Origin: Candidatus Sungiibacteriota bacterium
Lineage (GTDB): Bacteria; Patescibacteriota; Minisyncoccia; Sungbacterales; HO2-52-23
NCBI GenBank assembly: GCA_016180435.1
Contig: JACPBG010000002.1
Coordinates: 1-58,341, forward strand
Length of the DNA: 58,341 nucleotides
Direction of reading: 5' to 3'
The notes under the pieces were generated by a model. That model worked only from the letters and a program-made list of their open reading frames with translations. It was not told the DNA's origin and searched no databases. Both the position numbers and the translations under genes were made by a program. Positions 42,938-52,008 of the stretch are shown here, one piece after another. Positions within the stretch are counted from its first letter, which is position 1, and each line of letters begins with the position of its first letter.

Positions 42938-44548
42938 ATGCAGGACTTCCGGTGTTTTTGCGAGGACTTTTTCAAACGGTATTTCAAATTTAATCCAAGC
43001 GAGGCAATCGCCTATGGGGTTATGGGACACGAGGCCGAATGGGAGGACTATTCGGATGATCGGTACGCGGAGGAGCGGGCGTTTTATAGCAATTCGCTTA
43101 CTGCGCTTTTGAAATTCTCTCCCAAAAAACTTACTCGGGATGAGAAGATTGATAAGGAATTGATGCGCGGGATGTGTACAGTCAAGGCCGCTGAATTTGC
43201 GCGAGGGGATTACCGTATCGAAAAACCTAATTTATATATCCCGTTTGACGCGATTTATTATCTTACGAAATATCCCAATTCCGATCCGGCTGGTTTTATT
43301 TTGGAGCGGCTTGAAGGCGTTTCGTATTTTATGATGCAGGGCGTTGAGGAATTCCATATACGCGAGGCGCATCCGCCGCGGCTCTGGGTTAAAATGGCGA
43401 TTAGCGAGCTTGGAGAAGGGATCGGTTTTTTGGATTCGCTGGCAGAAATGCCCGGCGTTGCCGAGGGGATCAAGGATCCGGAACGTTTTGGGCGCGCTGT
43501 GGAGCAGGCCAAATCCGCAGTCAGGCACTTCCGGCATTTTTTGGAGCATAAAGTTCTGGCGCAAGTCCGCGATTCATATGCCGTGGGCGAGGAACATTTT
43601 AATCTTCTTTTACGCCATAAGCATTTTTTACCAATGAATGCGCGGCAGTTGCTGGCTTTAGGCGAGCGGTTATTCGCCGAAACCAAAAAAGAGCTTCTGG
43701 CCTTAACCGAAAAAATCGCGCCGGGGAAAAGCATTGACGAAGCAGCTCGGATGATTCAAGAATGCCATCCTGCGGCTAAAGAACTTATTCCCGCATATCA
43801 GGATGCGGTGCAACGGGCTCGGGATTTTGTCCAGGTCAAAGGCCTGGTCACATTTCCACCGCAAGAGCGGTTGGAGGTAATAGAAACGCCTGTTTTCAAG
43901 CGTAACCAGATTCCGTTTGCCGCATATTTATCGCCGTCGCCGAATGATCCAAATCAGGTGGGTTATTACTATGTAACTCCGGCGAAAAATGAAGACGAAT
44001 TACGTGAACATAATTATAGAGGTCTTGAGAATACTTCGGCGCACGAAGCGTATCCCGGACATCATCTACAATTAACACTCGCAAATTATTATCCGGCTGC
44101 GCATACACTGGCGCGTCTCATTAATGGTTCGTCGGTCATGTTCGAGGGCTGGGCGCTTTACTGCGAGCAGATGATGCATGATCAGGGGTTTCTCGGCTCT
44201 CCCGAGCATGAATTTCTCATGTTAAAAGACCGGCTGTGGCGGACCATGCGGATAATTATTGATGTCAAAACCCAATGCGGCCTGATGTCGTATGATGAGG
44301 CCGCGAATTGGATGATGCAGGAATTGGCATTCCCGCGTTCGCAGGCCGAAGCGGATTTGAACTGGTATAGTCAGGCCCCGGCAACTCCCATGGGTTATGC
44401 CCTGGGCTGGTCGATGATCACCAATCTCCGCAAACGGGAAGAAGTGCGTTTGGGCAAACGTTTTAGCTTGCGCAAATTCCATGATAAGTTTTTGCAGGCC
44501 GGGTCAATTGCCCCGCCGCTTATCATAAAAAGGTATTTTAGAAAATAA
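42938..44548 (+). CDS. DUF885 family protein
   Basis: SAHEAYPGHHLQ motif characteristic of DUF885, 536 aa. Confidence 0.8.
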   Translation: MQDFRCFCEDFFKRYFKFNPSEAIAYGVMGHEAEWEDYSDDRYAEERAFYSNSLTALLKFSPKKLTRDEKIDKELMRGMCTVKAAEFARGDYRIEKPNLYIPFDAIYYLTKYPNSDPAGFILERLEGVSYFMMQGVEEFHIREAHPPRLWVKMAISELGEGIGFLDSLAEMPGVAEGIKDPERFGRAVEQAKSAVRHFRHFLEHKVLAQVRDSYAVGEEHFNLLLRHKHFLPMNARQLLALGERLFAETKKELLALTEKIAPGKSIDEAARMIQECHPAAKELIPAYQDAVQRARDFVQVKGLVTFPPQERLEVIETPVFKRNQIPFAAYLSPSPNDPNQVGYYYVTPAKNEDELREHNYRGLENTSAHEAYPGHHLQLTLANYYPAAHTLARLINGSSVMFEGWALYCEQMMHDQGFLGSPEHEFLMLKDRLWRTMRIIIDVKTQCGLMSYDEAANWMMQELAFPRSQAEADLNWYSQAPATPMGYALGWSMITNLRKREEVRLGKRFSLRKFHDKFLQAGSIAPPLIIKRYFRK

Positions 44549-44578
44549 AAACCGCTCCGGGTTAACCGAGCGGTATTT
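44547..44578 (+). terminator. Terminator
   Basis: accgctc...gagcggt stem plus ATTT. Confidence 0.55.
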
Positions 44579-44598
44579 AATTTGGTAGTTCGGGTATT

Positions 44599-45084
44599 TT
44601 ACTCGAGAGCGGGTATCAGAAGTCGACGTTGTCTCCGGCGATCGGCTTCTTTAAATCGTTTTTTTTCGTCATCGGTTTCCGGAAGAACTTCCGGCACGCG
44701 GGTTGATTTTCCACGGCGGTCAAGCGCTACGAAAGTAAAATAAATAGGAGAGGTTACGCGGCGGAGCACTTTACCAAGTTTTTCGGCATAAACCTCCATT
44801 TCAATTTCCATGGAACTTGTCCAGGAGCGGTTGATCCAGGCGCGAAACACCAGTGTTTCGCCCTGATACGCCGGCGCCAGAAAATCGGTGGAATCAACCC
44901 GGCATGTTACGCATTCGCGCCCGCTATGTTTTTTGGCAACATCTCCGCCAACCTCATCTGCTTTGGCCAGAATAAACGCTCCCTGTACGGTGTTTCGATA
45001 ATTCATATTTTGCGGAGAAAGCGATATGGCGTGGCGGTCCACCCGTGATTCGGAAACTCGTTTCGGGGCAAGTTTCTTGGGCAT
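44599..45084 (-). CDS. Acyl-CoA thioesterase (hotdog fold)
   Basis: Single hotdog domain (MNYRNTVQGAFILAKADEVGG...VDSTDFLAPAYQGETLVF). Confidence 0.75.
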   Translation of the reverse strand: MPKKLAPKRVSESRVDRHAISLSPQNMNYRNTVQGAFILAKADEVGGDVAKKHSGRECVTCRVDSTDFLAPAYQGETLVFRAWINRSWTSSMEIEMEVYAEKLGKVLRRVTSPIYFTFVALDRRGKSTRVPEVLPETDDEKKRFKEADRRRQRRLLIPALE

Positions 45085-45167
45085 AATTTACCTTTGATGA
45101 TCTGTATTTTATTTAGCATATTTTTGCGGTATTGTGTAGATAGATTCTTTGATACAGAGTTTTTTAT

Positions 45168-45563
45168 ATGACCAAGGTTGAAGTAACGAATCGCATACGG
45201 AACATGCGCATCATATGGGATTTGCATAAGGACGGCGGATTTTACTCCGAAGTAAATGGAATTAAGCTTCATATTTATGGCGCTGAACTTTCGCCCATCA
45301 CCCTTGTTTTAACACGTATGCGCGATGGCGGCACCCGGACTATTATTGAGCCGTCCATACCGCGTTTGAATTTTCTTCTCAAAAAAGGCGATGGCGAGAA
45401 GCAGGATCTGCGGAAAAATCTTGAAGCGATTTTAAGGGATGCGCACGATCAGCTTCGGGAGCGTTTTAGCACTCCGGAAAAACATGCCGAGTATCAGGAA
45501 AAAATTGAGCAAGAATTTTTCAATCAGCTGGTATTTGGGGATCCCCATCCTTTCGGAAAATGA
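45168..45563 (+). CDS. Hypothetical protein
   Basis: 131-aa ORF; terminator follows. Confidence 0.45.
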   Translation: MTKVEVTNRIRNMRIIWDLHKDGGFYSEVNGIKLHIYGAELSPITLVLTRMRDGGTRTIIEPSIPRLNFLLKKGDGEKQDLRKNLEAILRDAHDQLRERFSTPEKHAEYQEKIEQEFFNQLVFGDPHPFGK

Positions 45564-45574
45564 AAAAATATAAG

Positions 45575-45606
45575 AGTGCGCCCCCCCTGAAGGCGCTTAT
45601 TTTTTA
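45575..45606 (+). terminator. Terminator
   Basis: gcgcc...ggcgc stem plus TTATTTTT. Confidence 0.6.
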
Positions 45607-45677
45607 CTCGCCTTGCATAAAATCGCATTAGTAGCTACTGTGTTAATTAGAACTTTCACTGTCAAAGGATAAAGAAA

Positions 45678-45950
45678 ATGGGTCTTTCATTTCAGGAAGT
45701 TGAACGAATCAAGAAACAGTTTGAACGGGTGTATTTCTTTGCTGCTCCCTACTCGGAATACGTGAATATGTGCGGCATCTCTAAGGTGAGTATTAAGGAT
45801 AAAGATAAGATTGCCCCGATTGATGAACAAGGCGATTTCTGTATTTCGGTTGGTCTTTGCAAACCTCTACCGCAAGGACTCTCTCTGCCTATGAAATATT
45901 GCGGAGTGAGAGTGTTCCCCCAAGTCATCGGGAAAATCAAAGTTTTATAG
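45678..45950 (+). CDS. Hypothetical protein
   Basis: 90-aa ORF; terminator overlaps stop. Confidence 0.4.
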   Translation: MGLSFQEVERIKKQFERVYFFAAPYSEYVNMCGISKVSIKDKDKIAPIDEQGDFCISVGLCKPLPQGLSLPMKYCGVRVFPQVIGKIKVL

Positions 45951-45974
45951 CTGGCGCAAGTCAGCTATTTTTTT
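45948..45974 (+). terminator. Terminator
   Basis: tagctg-gcgcaagt-cagcta plus TTTTTTT. Confidence 0.7.
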
Positions 45975-46058
45975 AGTGGATTTAACCTTATACGATACAC
46001 TTGCTTTTAAAAATCCGTATGTTAATATGGCGTAAGAACTTTTATTTAAGGGCTGCCG

Positions 46059-46367
46059 ATGAAAAGAATCAAGAGGGCCAAGGGGTTGTTTTTGCTCGTG
46101 ATCGCGGAGCATCAAAAGAAAGTTCTGGAATTCTGGTTTGGTCCAGATGCCTCAAATTTCAAAGGCAAGGATATTGAACGGTATGACACCATGATATTGG
46201 GGAAATTTGACGAGTTGCGAAAGAAATATCCTGAATCGCGGCACGATGTTGTTTTAGGGGTGGCGGAGGATGCGCACGCGGTTAGAAAAGCATTTCCCGG
46301 AGTGTCGGGTTGGGAAAATGTTCCTGTTTCCGATCTAAAGCTGGCAACAAAAAGGCATCATGATTAA
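46059..46367 (+). CDS. Hypothetical protein
   Basis: 102-aa ORF. Confidence 0.4.
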   Translation: MKRIKRAKGLFLLVIAEHQKKVLEFWFGPDASNFKGKDIERYDTMILGKFDELRKKYPESRHDVVLGVAEDAHAVRKAFPGVSGWENVPVSDLKLATKRHHD

Positions 46368-46479
46368 AGGAAAATCGCGCCTTGGAAGGCGTTTATTTTT
46401 TTGATGCGATTTGTGCGCGCTTGTTTTGTTGCATGAGACGTGCTACCATGCTTTCAGAACTTTTCATGAAAGAAGAATC

Positions 46480-46839
46480 ATGGGTAAAGCAATTCTTTGG
46501 CTTGTGCTTCATATCGCACTGCTTTTGGGTTATAACCTCTTTTATTTTGAAGATAAACTTCTCATTACCGTTACAGCGGAACGTGAGAAGAATCATACTC
46601 GAGAATTAATTTTGAATGTGGATATTTCTCGCGATGGGCAGCCGCTGCGCAACACGTCAATGCTTTTATATATCGGAAAGGAAGAGAATCGAACAGTGCA
46701 TCAGGTATTAGAGCGCGATGGAACGACCAGGGATATTAAGCGGGATTATCAACTTTTTGAATCTAGGGGCGCGTCAACCAGTTATTTTTTGCCTCTCGCA
46801 AAAAAAATCCTGGTCAGGGCGGGAGATACGGAGCAGTAA
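46480..46839 (+). CDS. Membrane-anchored hypothetical protein
   Basis: Internal Met MGKAILWLVLHIALLLGYNLFYF (TM anchor). Confidence 0.45.
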   Translation: MGKAILWLVLHIALLLGYNLFYFEDKLLITVTAEREKNHTRELILNVDISRDGQPLRNTSMLLYIGKEENRTVHQVLERDGTTRDIKRDYQLFESRGASTSYFLPLAKKILVRAGDTEQ

Positions 46840-46847
46840 AATCTCTT

Positions 46848-46875
46848 GAGCGACTATACAGTCGCTCACTTTTTG
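46848..46875 (+). terminator. Terminator
   Basis: gagcgact-atac-agtcgctc plus CTTTTT. Confidence 0.75.
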
Positions 46876-46911
46876 TATGTGGGTATACTGCACAAGGATA
46901 GAAACATACAC

Positions 46912-46939
46912 TTGACACGTTTTGACCGGGGTATATACT
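46912..46939 (+). promoter_or_regulatory. Candidate sigma-70-type rRNA promoter
   Basis: TTGACA (46912-46917), 16-nt spacer, TATACT (46934-46939), about 400 nt upstream of 16S. Confidence 0.45.
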
Positions 46940-47240
46940 GATAATACTTGTGAGGAAGGCGGGATTTGGCTAAACAATCCCAAGCCCACAATTTACAATC
47001 GAGTTGCGATAACACCCACGTAAGATCCTTTATGGGATTTTGCGTGGTTGTTATTTTGTCCGAAAAATCAGCAAGGAAAGTAATTTGAAAATTGAGCCGT
47101 TTATCTGATCCAATGCCGTTTTTTTAATCCTCAAACGGTTTACGCCGGATTTGATAGGCGGGAATTAAAATAGCTGGATACATCTCAATTTATGAATTGA
47201 GGCCTTCCAGCTGTTCCGACATAATCTGCCATGATTGGCA

Positions 47241-47339
47241 GATCGCGGATAGACGCGGATTTTTACTTACGCGGATAAACGCGGATAATTAAATTTATCT
47301 GCGTGAATCAGCGTATTGATCCGCGTAGATCAGCGTTTC
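47241..47339 (+). repeat. GCGGATA heptamer-repeat hairpin abutting the 16S 5' end
   Basis: Left arm has cgcggat(a) x4, right arm has atcNgcg x4-5. Confidence 0.8.
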
Positions 47340-47408
47340 TAAATGAGGATTTGATCCTGGTCCAGGATGAACGCTGGCGGCGTGGATAAGGCATGCAAGT
47401 CAAACGGG

Positions 47409-47508
47409 CACGTGCTTCGCACGGAGAACTTAGAACTAAGAACTTAGAACCAAGCAGTTTCTAAGATCTAAGTTCTAAACGCTAAGTTCTGCGCGCGGAG
47501 TGCGCGCC
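47409..47508 (+). other. 16S insertion 1 (V1/helix 6): clamp hairpins + TAGAACT heptamer hairpin
   Basis: cgtgcttcgcacgga + heptamer hairpin 47425-47490 + gcgcgcggagtgcgcgc. Confidence 0.8.
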
Positions 47509-47591
47509 AGTGGCGAACGAGTTAGTAATACCCTGGTACGTACCCCAGAGACGGGAATAACTCCGCGAAAGCGGAGCTAATACCCGATAGT

Positions 47592-47862
47592 CCCAGCACA
47601 TATTTTTGGAAATAAATAAGCGCAGTGCGCCTGCGCTCTCATCAAGAAATACTTAGTTTAAGAGAAGGGTAATGATGACGGAAGTAATTAGTACACTTAT
47701 TAATGCACTGAAAAAAGCAGTTCTCTTTTCGCTTGTATTGAGAAACTCTCGAATGAACTTCATGGTATACCCTATGTAAACGTGAAATATCTATAACTAA
47801 TTATATATAATTATAAAAATCTGTCAAGTGTTGTTAATTTGATTCCAAAAATATGTGCTGGG
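47592..47862 (+). other. 16S insertion 2 (V2 region): 271-nt AT-rich intervening sequence
   Basis: Closed by a perfect 19-bp stem: cccagcacatatttttgga / tccaaaaatatgtgctggg. Confidence 0.8.
47653..47763 (-). CDS. Speculative 36-aa hydrophobic peptide ORF antisense to 16S insertion 2
   Basis: MKFIREFLNTSEKRTAFFSALISVLITSVIITLLLN; weak SD; may be chance. Confidence 0.15.
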   Translation of the reverse strand: MKFIREFLNTSEKRTAFFSALISVLITSVIITLLLN

Positions 47863-48111
47863 TAAATCACTTAGATTGGCTCTGGGAGCGGCCTAGGTCC
47901 TATCAGCTAGTTGGCGGGGTAATGGCCCACCAAGGCAATGACGGGTAGGGGGCGTGAGAGCGCGACCCCCAACGGCGACAATGAGATACGAGTCGCACAC
48001 CTACGGGTGGCAGCAGTCAAGAACATTCGACAATGGGCGAAAGCCTGATCGAGCGACGCCGCGTGCAGGATGAAGGCCTTCGGGTCGTAAACTGCTTTTT
48101 AAGGGGAGGAA

Positions 48112-48281
48112 GCCGTGCTTCGCACGGAATGTCTAATTCCTAATTCACCTAATTCCTAATAAAATGCCCAATAAAAAAATGTCTAATGTCCAAAAACAGC
48201 TTTTGGGCTTTGGCAATTTGATATTTTGAATTTTATTAGAAATTAGAAATTAGATGTTGGAAATTTCGCGCGGAGCGCGGA
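48112..48281 (+). other. 16S insertion 3 (V3 region): same clamps as insertion 1 + TAATTCC/TTAGAAA hairpin
   Basis: 15-mer cgtgcttcgcacgga at 48114-48128, identical to 47411-47425; 3' clamp cgcgcggagcgcgg. Confidence 0.8.
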
Positions 48282-48593
48282 TTGACTGTACCCTTAGAAT
48301 AAGGCGCTGCAAACCTCGTGCCAGCAGCCGCGGTAATACGAGGGCGCCAAGCGTTATCCGGATTTATTGGGCGTAAAGGGTCTCCAGGCGGTTTGATTAG
48401 TCGGGCGTTAAATCCCGCTGCCTAACGGCGGGGCTGCGTTCGAAACGGTCAAACTAGAGGGATGGAGAGGGGATGGGAACTCACGGTGTAGGGGTGAAAT
48501 CCGTTGATATCGTGGGGAACACCAAAGGCGAAGGCACATCCCTGGCCATTTCCTGACGCTCATGAGACGAAAGCGTGGGGAGAGAATAGGATT

Positions 48594-49390
48594 GATCGCT
48601 CGTTTGCATATTGTCCGCTCAAAAACTACGGGCTGGACAAATGGAGCCGAAAACAGAACGGGAGCCCTCCGGCAGAGCCGGTTTCCCTTGTTCTGTTTTC
48701 TCACCATTTGTTAACCAGCCCTCCGTTAATTTCGCGGAGCAATACGCAAACTCGCTTATTAGAGGGATAATAAGATGTTAAAAGTATTGTTTTTTTCGGC
48801 ACTGTTTATTGTATTCGTGGCAAAAACTAACACTAGCGAAAACAGTGTTGATATTATATTCTACAGTTTTATGTCAGGAGTTTCGTTTGTCTTAGTTTTT
48901 GTTAACATTTATTTGAAACTTAAAGCGAACCGGAAGGGTATCCGGTGAGAACAACTAGTCCCTCCGATGAAAATCGGAGATAAAATTCCACTGTATCGGT
49001 GAAAGGCCTACTGCGGAAACGCAGGGTTAACGCCGAGGCAACGCTTACACAATTTTCGAACGTTAATTACTAATTTTTAATTCGTAATTAGGAATTGGCA
49101 ATTGCGTAAGCAGAGTCCGTAGAGACTGAACGTGGAACCCAGCTCTTTGTTGAAGCAGGGCAACTTGTTTGCCCCTTTAGCAAAGAACTGGTGATGTCAC
49201 AGTCCGAACTATGCAGTAATGCATAGAGCTAATCAGAAATGCGTTAGCCGGCAGCAAGTTTTGGAATTCTGGATTTTTAAATTTCTGATTTGCTTGCCCC
49301 GTAGTGAACGTGCAACGTTCTACCATCGGGGTTTAGAAATTAGAAATTCGGATTTAGAAATTCCAAATTTGTTGCGAGCAACAAATTTGT
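48594..49390 (+). mobile_element. 16S insertion 4: about 0.8-kb putative intron in the 790 loop, no homing-endonuclease ORF
   Basis: Splits the universal AGGATT|AGATACCC. Boundaries can be drawn with U before the 5' splice site and G as the last inserted nt. Confidence 0.6.
48775..48948 (+). CDS. Speculative 57-aa two-TM peptide ORF inside insertion 4
   Basis: GAGGGA 8 nt upstream of ATG; MLKVLFFSALFIVFVAKT...VSFVLVFVNIYLKLKANRKGIR. Confidence 0.2.
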   Translation: MLKVLFFSALFIVFVAKTNTSENSVDIIFYSFMSGVSFVLVFVNIYLKLKANRKGIR

Positions 49391-49751
49391 AGATACCCTA
49401 GTATTCCACGCCCTAAACGTTGCGCGCTCGCTGTTCCGAGTATCGACCCTCGGAGTGGCTAAGCTTACGCGTTAAGCGCGCCGCCTGGGAAGTACGAGCG
49501 CAAGCTTAAAACTCAAAGGAATAGACGGGAGCTCGCACAAGCGGTGGACCATGTGGTTCAATTCGACGACAACCGAGGAACCTCACCAGGGTTTGAAATT
49601 CTAATGAAGTTCCGAAGAAATTCGGAATGTCTCACAAGGACATTAGAACAGGTGATGCACGGTCCTCGTCAGTTCGTGATGTGAATTGTTCCCTTAAGTG
49701 GGGTAACGAACGCAACCCCCGTGGTATGTTATATGTGTCATACCAGACTGC

Positions 49752-49936
49752 CCCCCTCCAAGCCCGAAGGGCTTGGAGGCACAGATGTTCACAGATTTCT
49801 AACGGATTTTCACAGATCACAGATTCACACGGAAACCTTAACAGGCTACATCCGTAATTATCCGTGATCTGTGGTAATCTGTGGAATAATCTGTGTTAAT
49901 CCGTGGAAAACTCGTCATTGCGGGTTTGGAGGGGGG
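49752..49936 (+). other. 16S insertion 5 (helix 40 region): GC hairpin + CACAGAT heptamer hairpin
   Basis: ctccaagccc-gaa-gggcttggag, then cacagat repeats paired with atctgtg repeats. Confidence 0.8.
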
Positions 49937-50067
49937 AGGAAGGCGGGGATGACGTGAGATCAGCGTGTCCCTTTGATATCCTGGGCTACACACGTGGTAC
50001 AATGGCGCGTACAATGGGTTGCAAAGCCGCGAGGCGAAGCTAATCCCATAAAACGCGCCCCAGTTCA

Positions 50068-50098
<31 letters not shown>

Positions 50099-50159
50099 AG
50101 GAATCGCTAGTAAACGCGGATCAGCTACGCCGCGTTGAATACGTTCTCGAGCTTTGTAC

Positions 50160-51087
50160 TCGGGTCGCTATGCGGTTCAATAAGCGAGCAGGTTTAAATC
50201 CTGCCAAGAAAATGCAGTTTTTTGAAGCGAAATCGCAGTCCTTCGAGGGGCGACCCTCAGGATGAAGGGCGAAAGTAGCAGCTGCCAGCTTGAATATTCA
50301 TCGAGGCGCGATACAGGCGGTGACCCTGCGAGTACATGGGGAAACCACTGCATAAAATGCCTTATCGCGTATACCGAATATCGAGACGGCAGAGAACCGT
50401 TTATTGGGTTACCATAGGAGATCTTGCATAATTCTCGTAGTATATCTATACTCGAGATAGGAACGTGGATAACTTCGTTCCAATGTTATGCAAGAAGTCA
50501 GCAGAGTTCGTAGTAGCAAGAGTGATTCTAGATGCCGCAATCCGCGGCTTCGAGCGCCTCTTGCGAAGGAACAAATTCAGGCAAAAAAACTTCATCCGCA
50601 GTATATTGCGGGATTCATTGATGGCGAGGGTTCGTTCGTCGTGAGTTTCGGGCGCCATAAAACGCTCAAGCGCGGCATTGAAATCCGCGTTGAATTCACC
50701 ATCGAACTTCGCGCCGACGACAGAGAAATTCTTTATCGGATATTAAAAACCATCGGATGCGGAAAAATTTATGACGCATCATATGAACGATACGGATGGT
50801 ATCCGCATGTCAAATATAAAATCACAAGTACCAAGGATATGGAAAAATATCTGATTCCGTTTCTGGATAAAACGCCGTTACAGGCCAAGAAGCGAAAAGT
50901 ATATAGGGTATTTCGTGAAATTGTTTTGATGGTGCGGAGAAAAGAGCATTTGACCGATAAAGGATTTAAAAAGATCTTCAGATTGCGCAACGAATATCGT
51001 AAATACGGAAAGAAGCGCCTGAAAACCGCCAGGGTACGGGAAAACCGTTCGCCCGGTGGTGTGAGACAATAAGTAAAATTGATCTTA
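50160..51087 (+). mobile_element. 16S insertion 6a: putative intron with LAGLIDADG ORF
   Basis: Begins right after conserved CTTTGTAC; ORF stop is 15 nt before ATACCGCC (51088-51095). Confidence 0.65.
50488..51072 (+). CDS. LAGLIDADG homing endonuclease (single-motif type)
   Basis: YIAGFIDGEGSF motif, 194 aa, inside 16S. Confidence 0.9.
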   Translation: MQEVSRVRSSKSDSRCRNPRLRAPLAKEQIQAKKLHPQYIAGFIDGEGSFVVSFGRHKTLKRGIEIRVEFTIELRADDREILYRILKTIGCGKIYDASYERYGWYPHVKYKITSTKDMEKYLIPFLDKTPLQAKKRKVYRVFREIVLMVRRKEHLTDKGFKKIFRLRNEYRKYGKKRLKTARVRENRSPGGVRQ

Positions 51088-51095
51088 ATACCGCC

Positions 51096-52008
51096 AATTA
51101 ATAAAGTGCCCGGCAGCTTAATTGACTAGTTGGTTAAAGTCCAACCTCCCATTGCATATGGGACGTAGCCAAAAAAATAGCAGTCCACTATCCGTAAGGT
51201 TGTGGATAAAGGGCTTGAGGCAAATGGCAGCCTATGATACGATTAGAATATTGAACGATCGCCGCGGGCGGTCAGCGGGAAGTTCAATTATTTCCATCAT
51301 AGGATGCCGGGAATAGTTAATTAAGTGACCCGGGGAGATCCTAAACAGTCGAGTCATAATACTCGTTTAGGAAGTCAGCTGGCGTCATAGTACCGAGCAC
51401 TCAACCTGCACTACGCTCGTTCTGCGTTATGCGCAGTGCAAGTTGAGTGCTCGGGAAGGAGCCAACCAAAATTATGCTATCTCCTGATTATATTGTTGGA
51501 TTGACTGACGGTGAAGGTAGCTTTACCGCATATATACGGCCACCCAAGAAAGAGCATGGTTCTAAAAATTATCGGATTGAATGTCATTATTACATAAAAC
51601 TGCGTGAAGACGACCGATCACTTTTAGAAAATGTCAAAAATTTCTTTAGAACAGGACGGGTGGTATTTCAGCGGGAAAACCGGACGAATCATCATCATAT
51701 GTATCGATTTGAGGTTACGAACTTGCATGATCTGCAAAATTTAATAATTCCTTTTTTTGAAAAACATAAACTTCAAAGCAAGCGAATTAAAGATTTTGAA
51801 TTATTCAAGAAGATCGTTAAAGCGGTACTGAATAAAGAACATCAAACCGAAAATGGATTGCGAAAGATTCAACAATGGAAAAAGAAGATGCATCAATATA
51901 TGGGCTCGCCGAATACGGGAAACCCGTACGTTCGGTCTCGATATAGAAAGTCGAGGGTTCGATTAAAGAATCGGACTGGAAACGGGAAATAGACTCAATT
52001 ATCCCAAT
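51096..52008 (+). mobile_element. 16S insertion 6b: second putative intron with LAGLIDADG ORF
   Basis: ORF stop is 17 nt before conserved CCGTCACG resumes at 52009. Confidence 0.65.
51447..51992 (+). CDS. LAGLIDADG homing endonuclease (single-motif type)
   Basis: YIVGLTDGEGSF motif, 181 aa, inside 16S. Confidence 0.9.
   Translation: MLGKEPTKIMLSPDYIVGLTDGEGSFTAYIRPPKKEHGSKNYRIECHYYIKLREDDRSLLENVKNFFRTGRVVFQRENRTNHHHMYRFEVTNLHDLQNLIIPFFEKHKLQSKRIKDFELFKKIVKAVLNKEHQTENGLRKIQQWKKKMHQYMGSPNTGNPYVRSRYRKSRVRLKNRTGNGK

Noticed and set aside
48408-49857. ORFs of 60-100 aa inside the 16S gene: 48408-48707, 48504-48770, 49627-49857 and 49632-49820.
   Set aside because: They overlap universally conserved rRNA blocks or repeat hairpins, so they are artefacts of translating rRNA.
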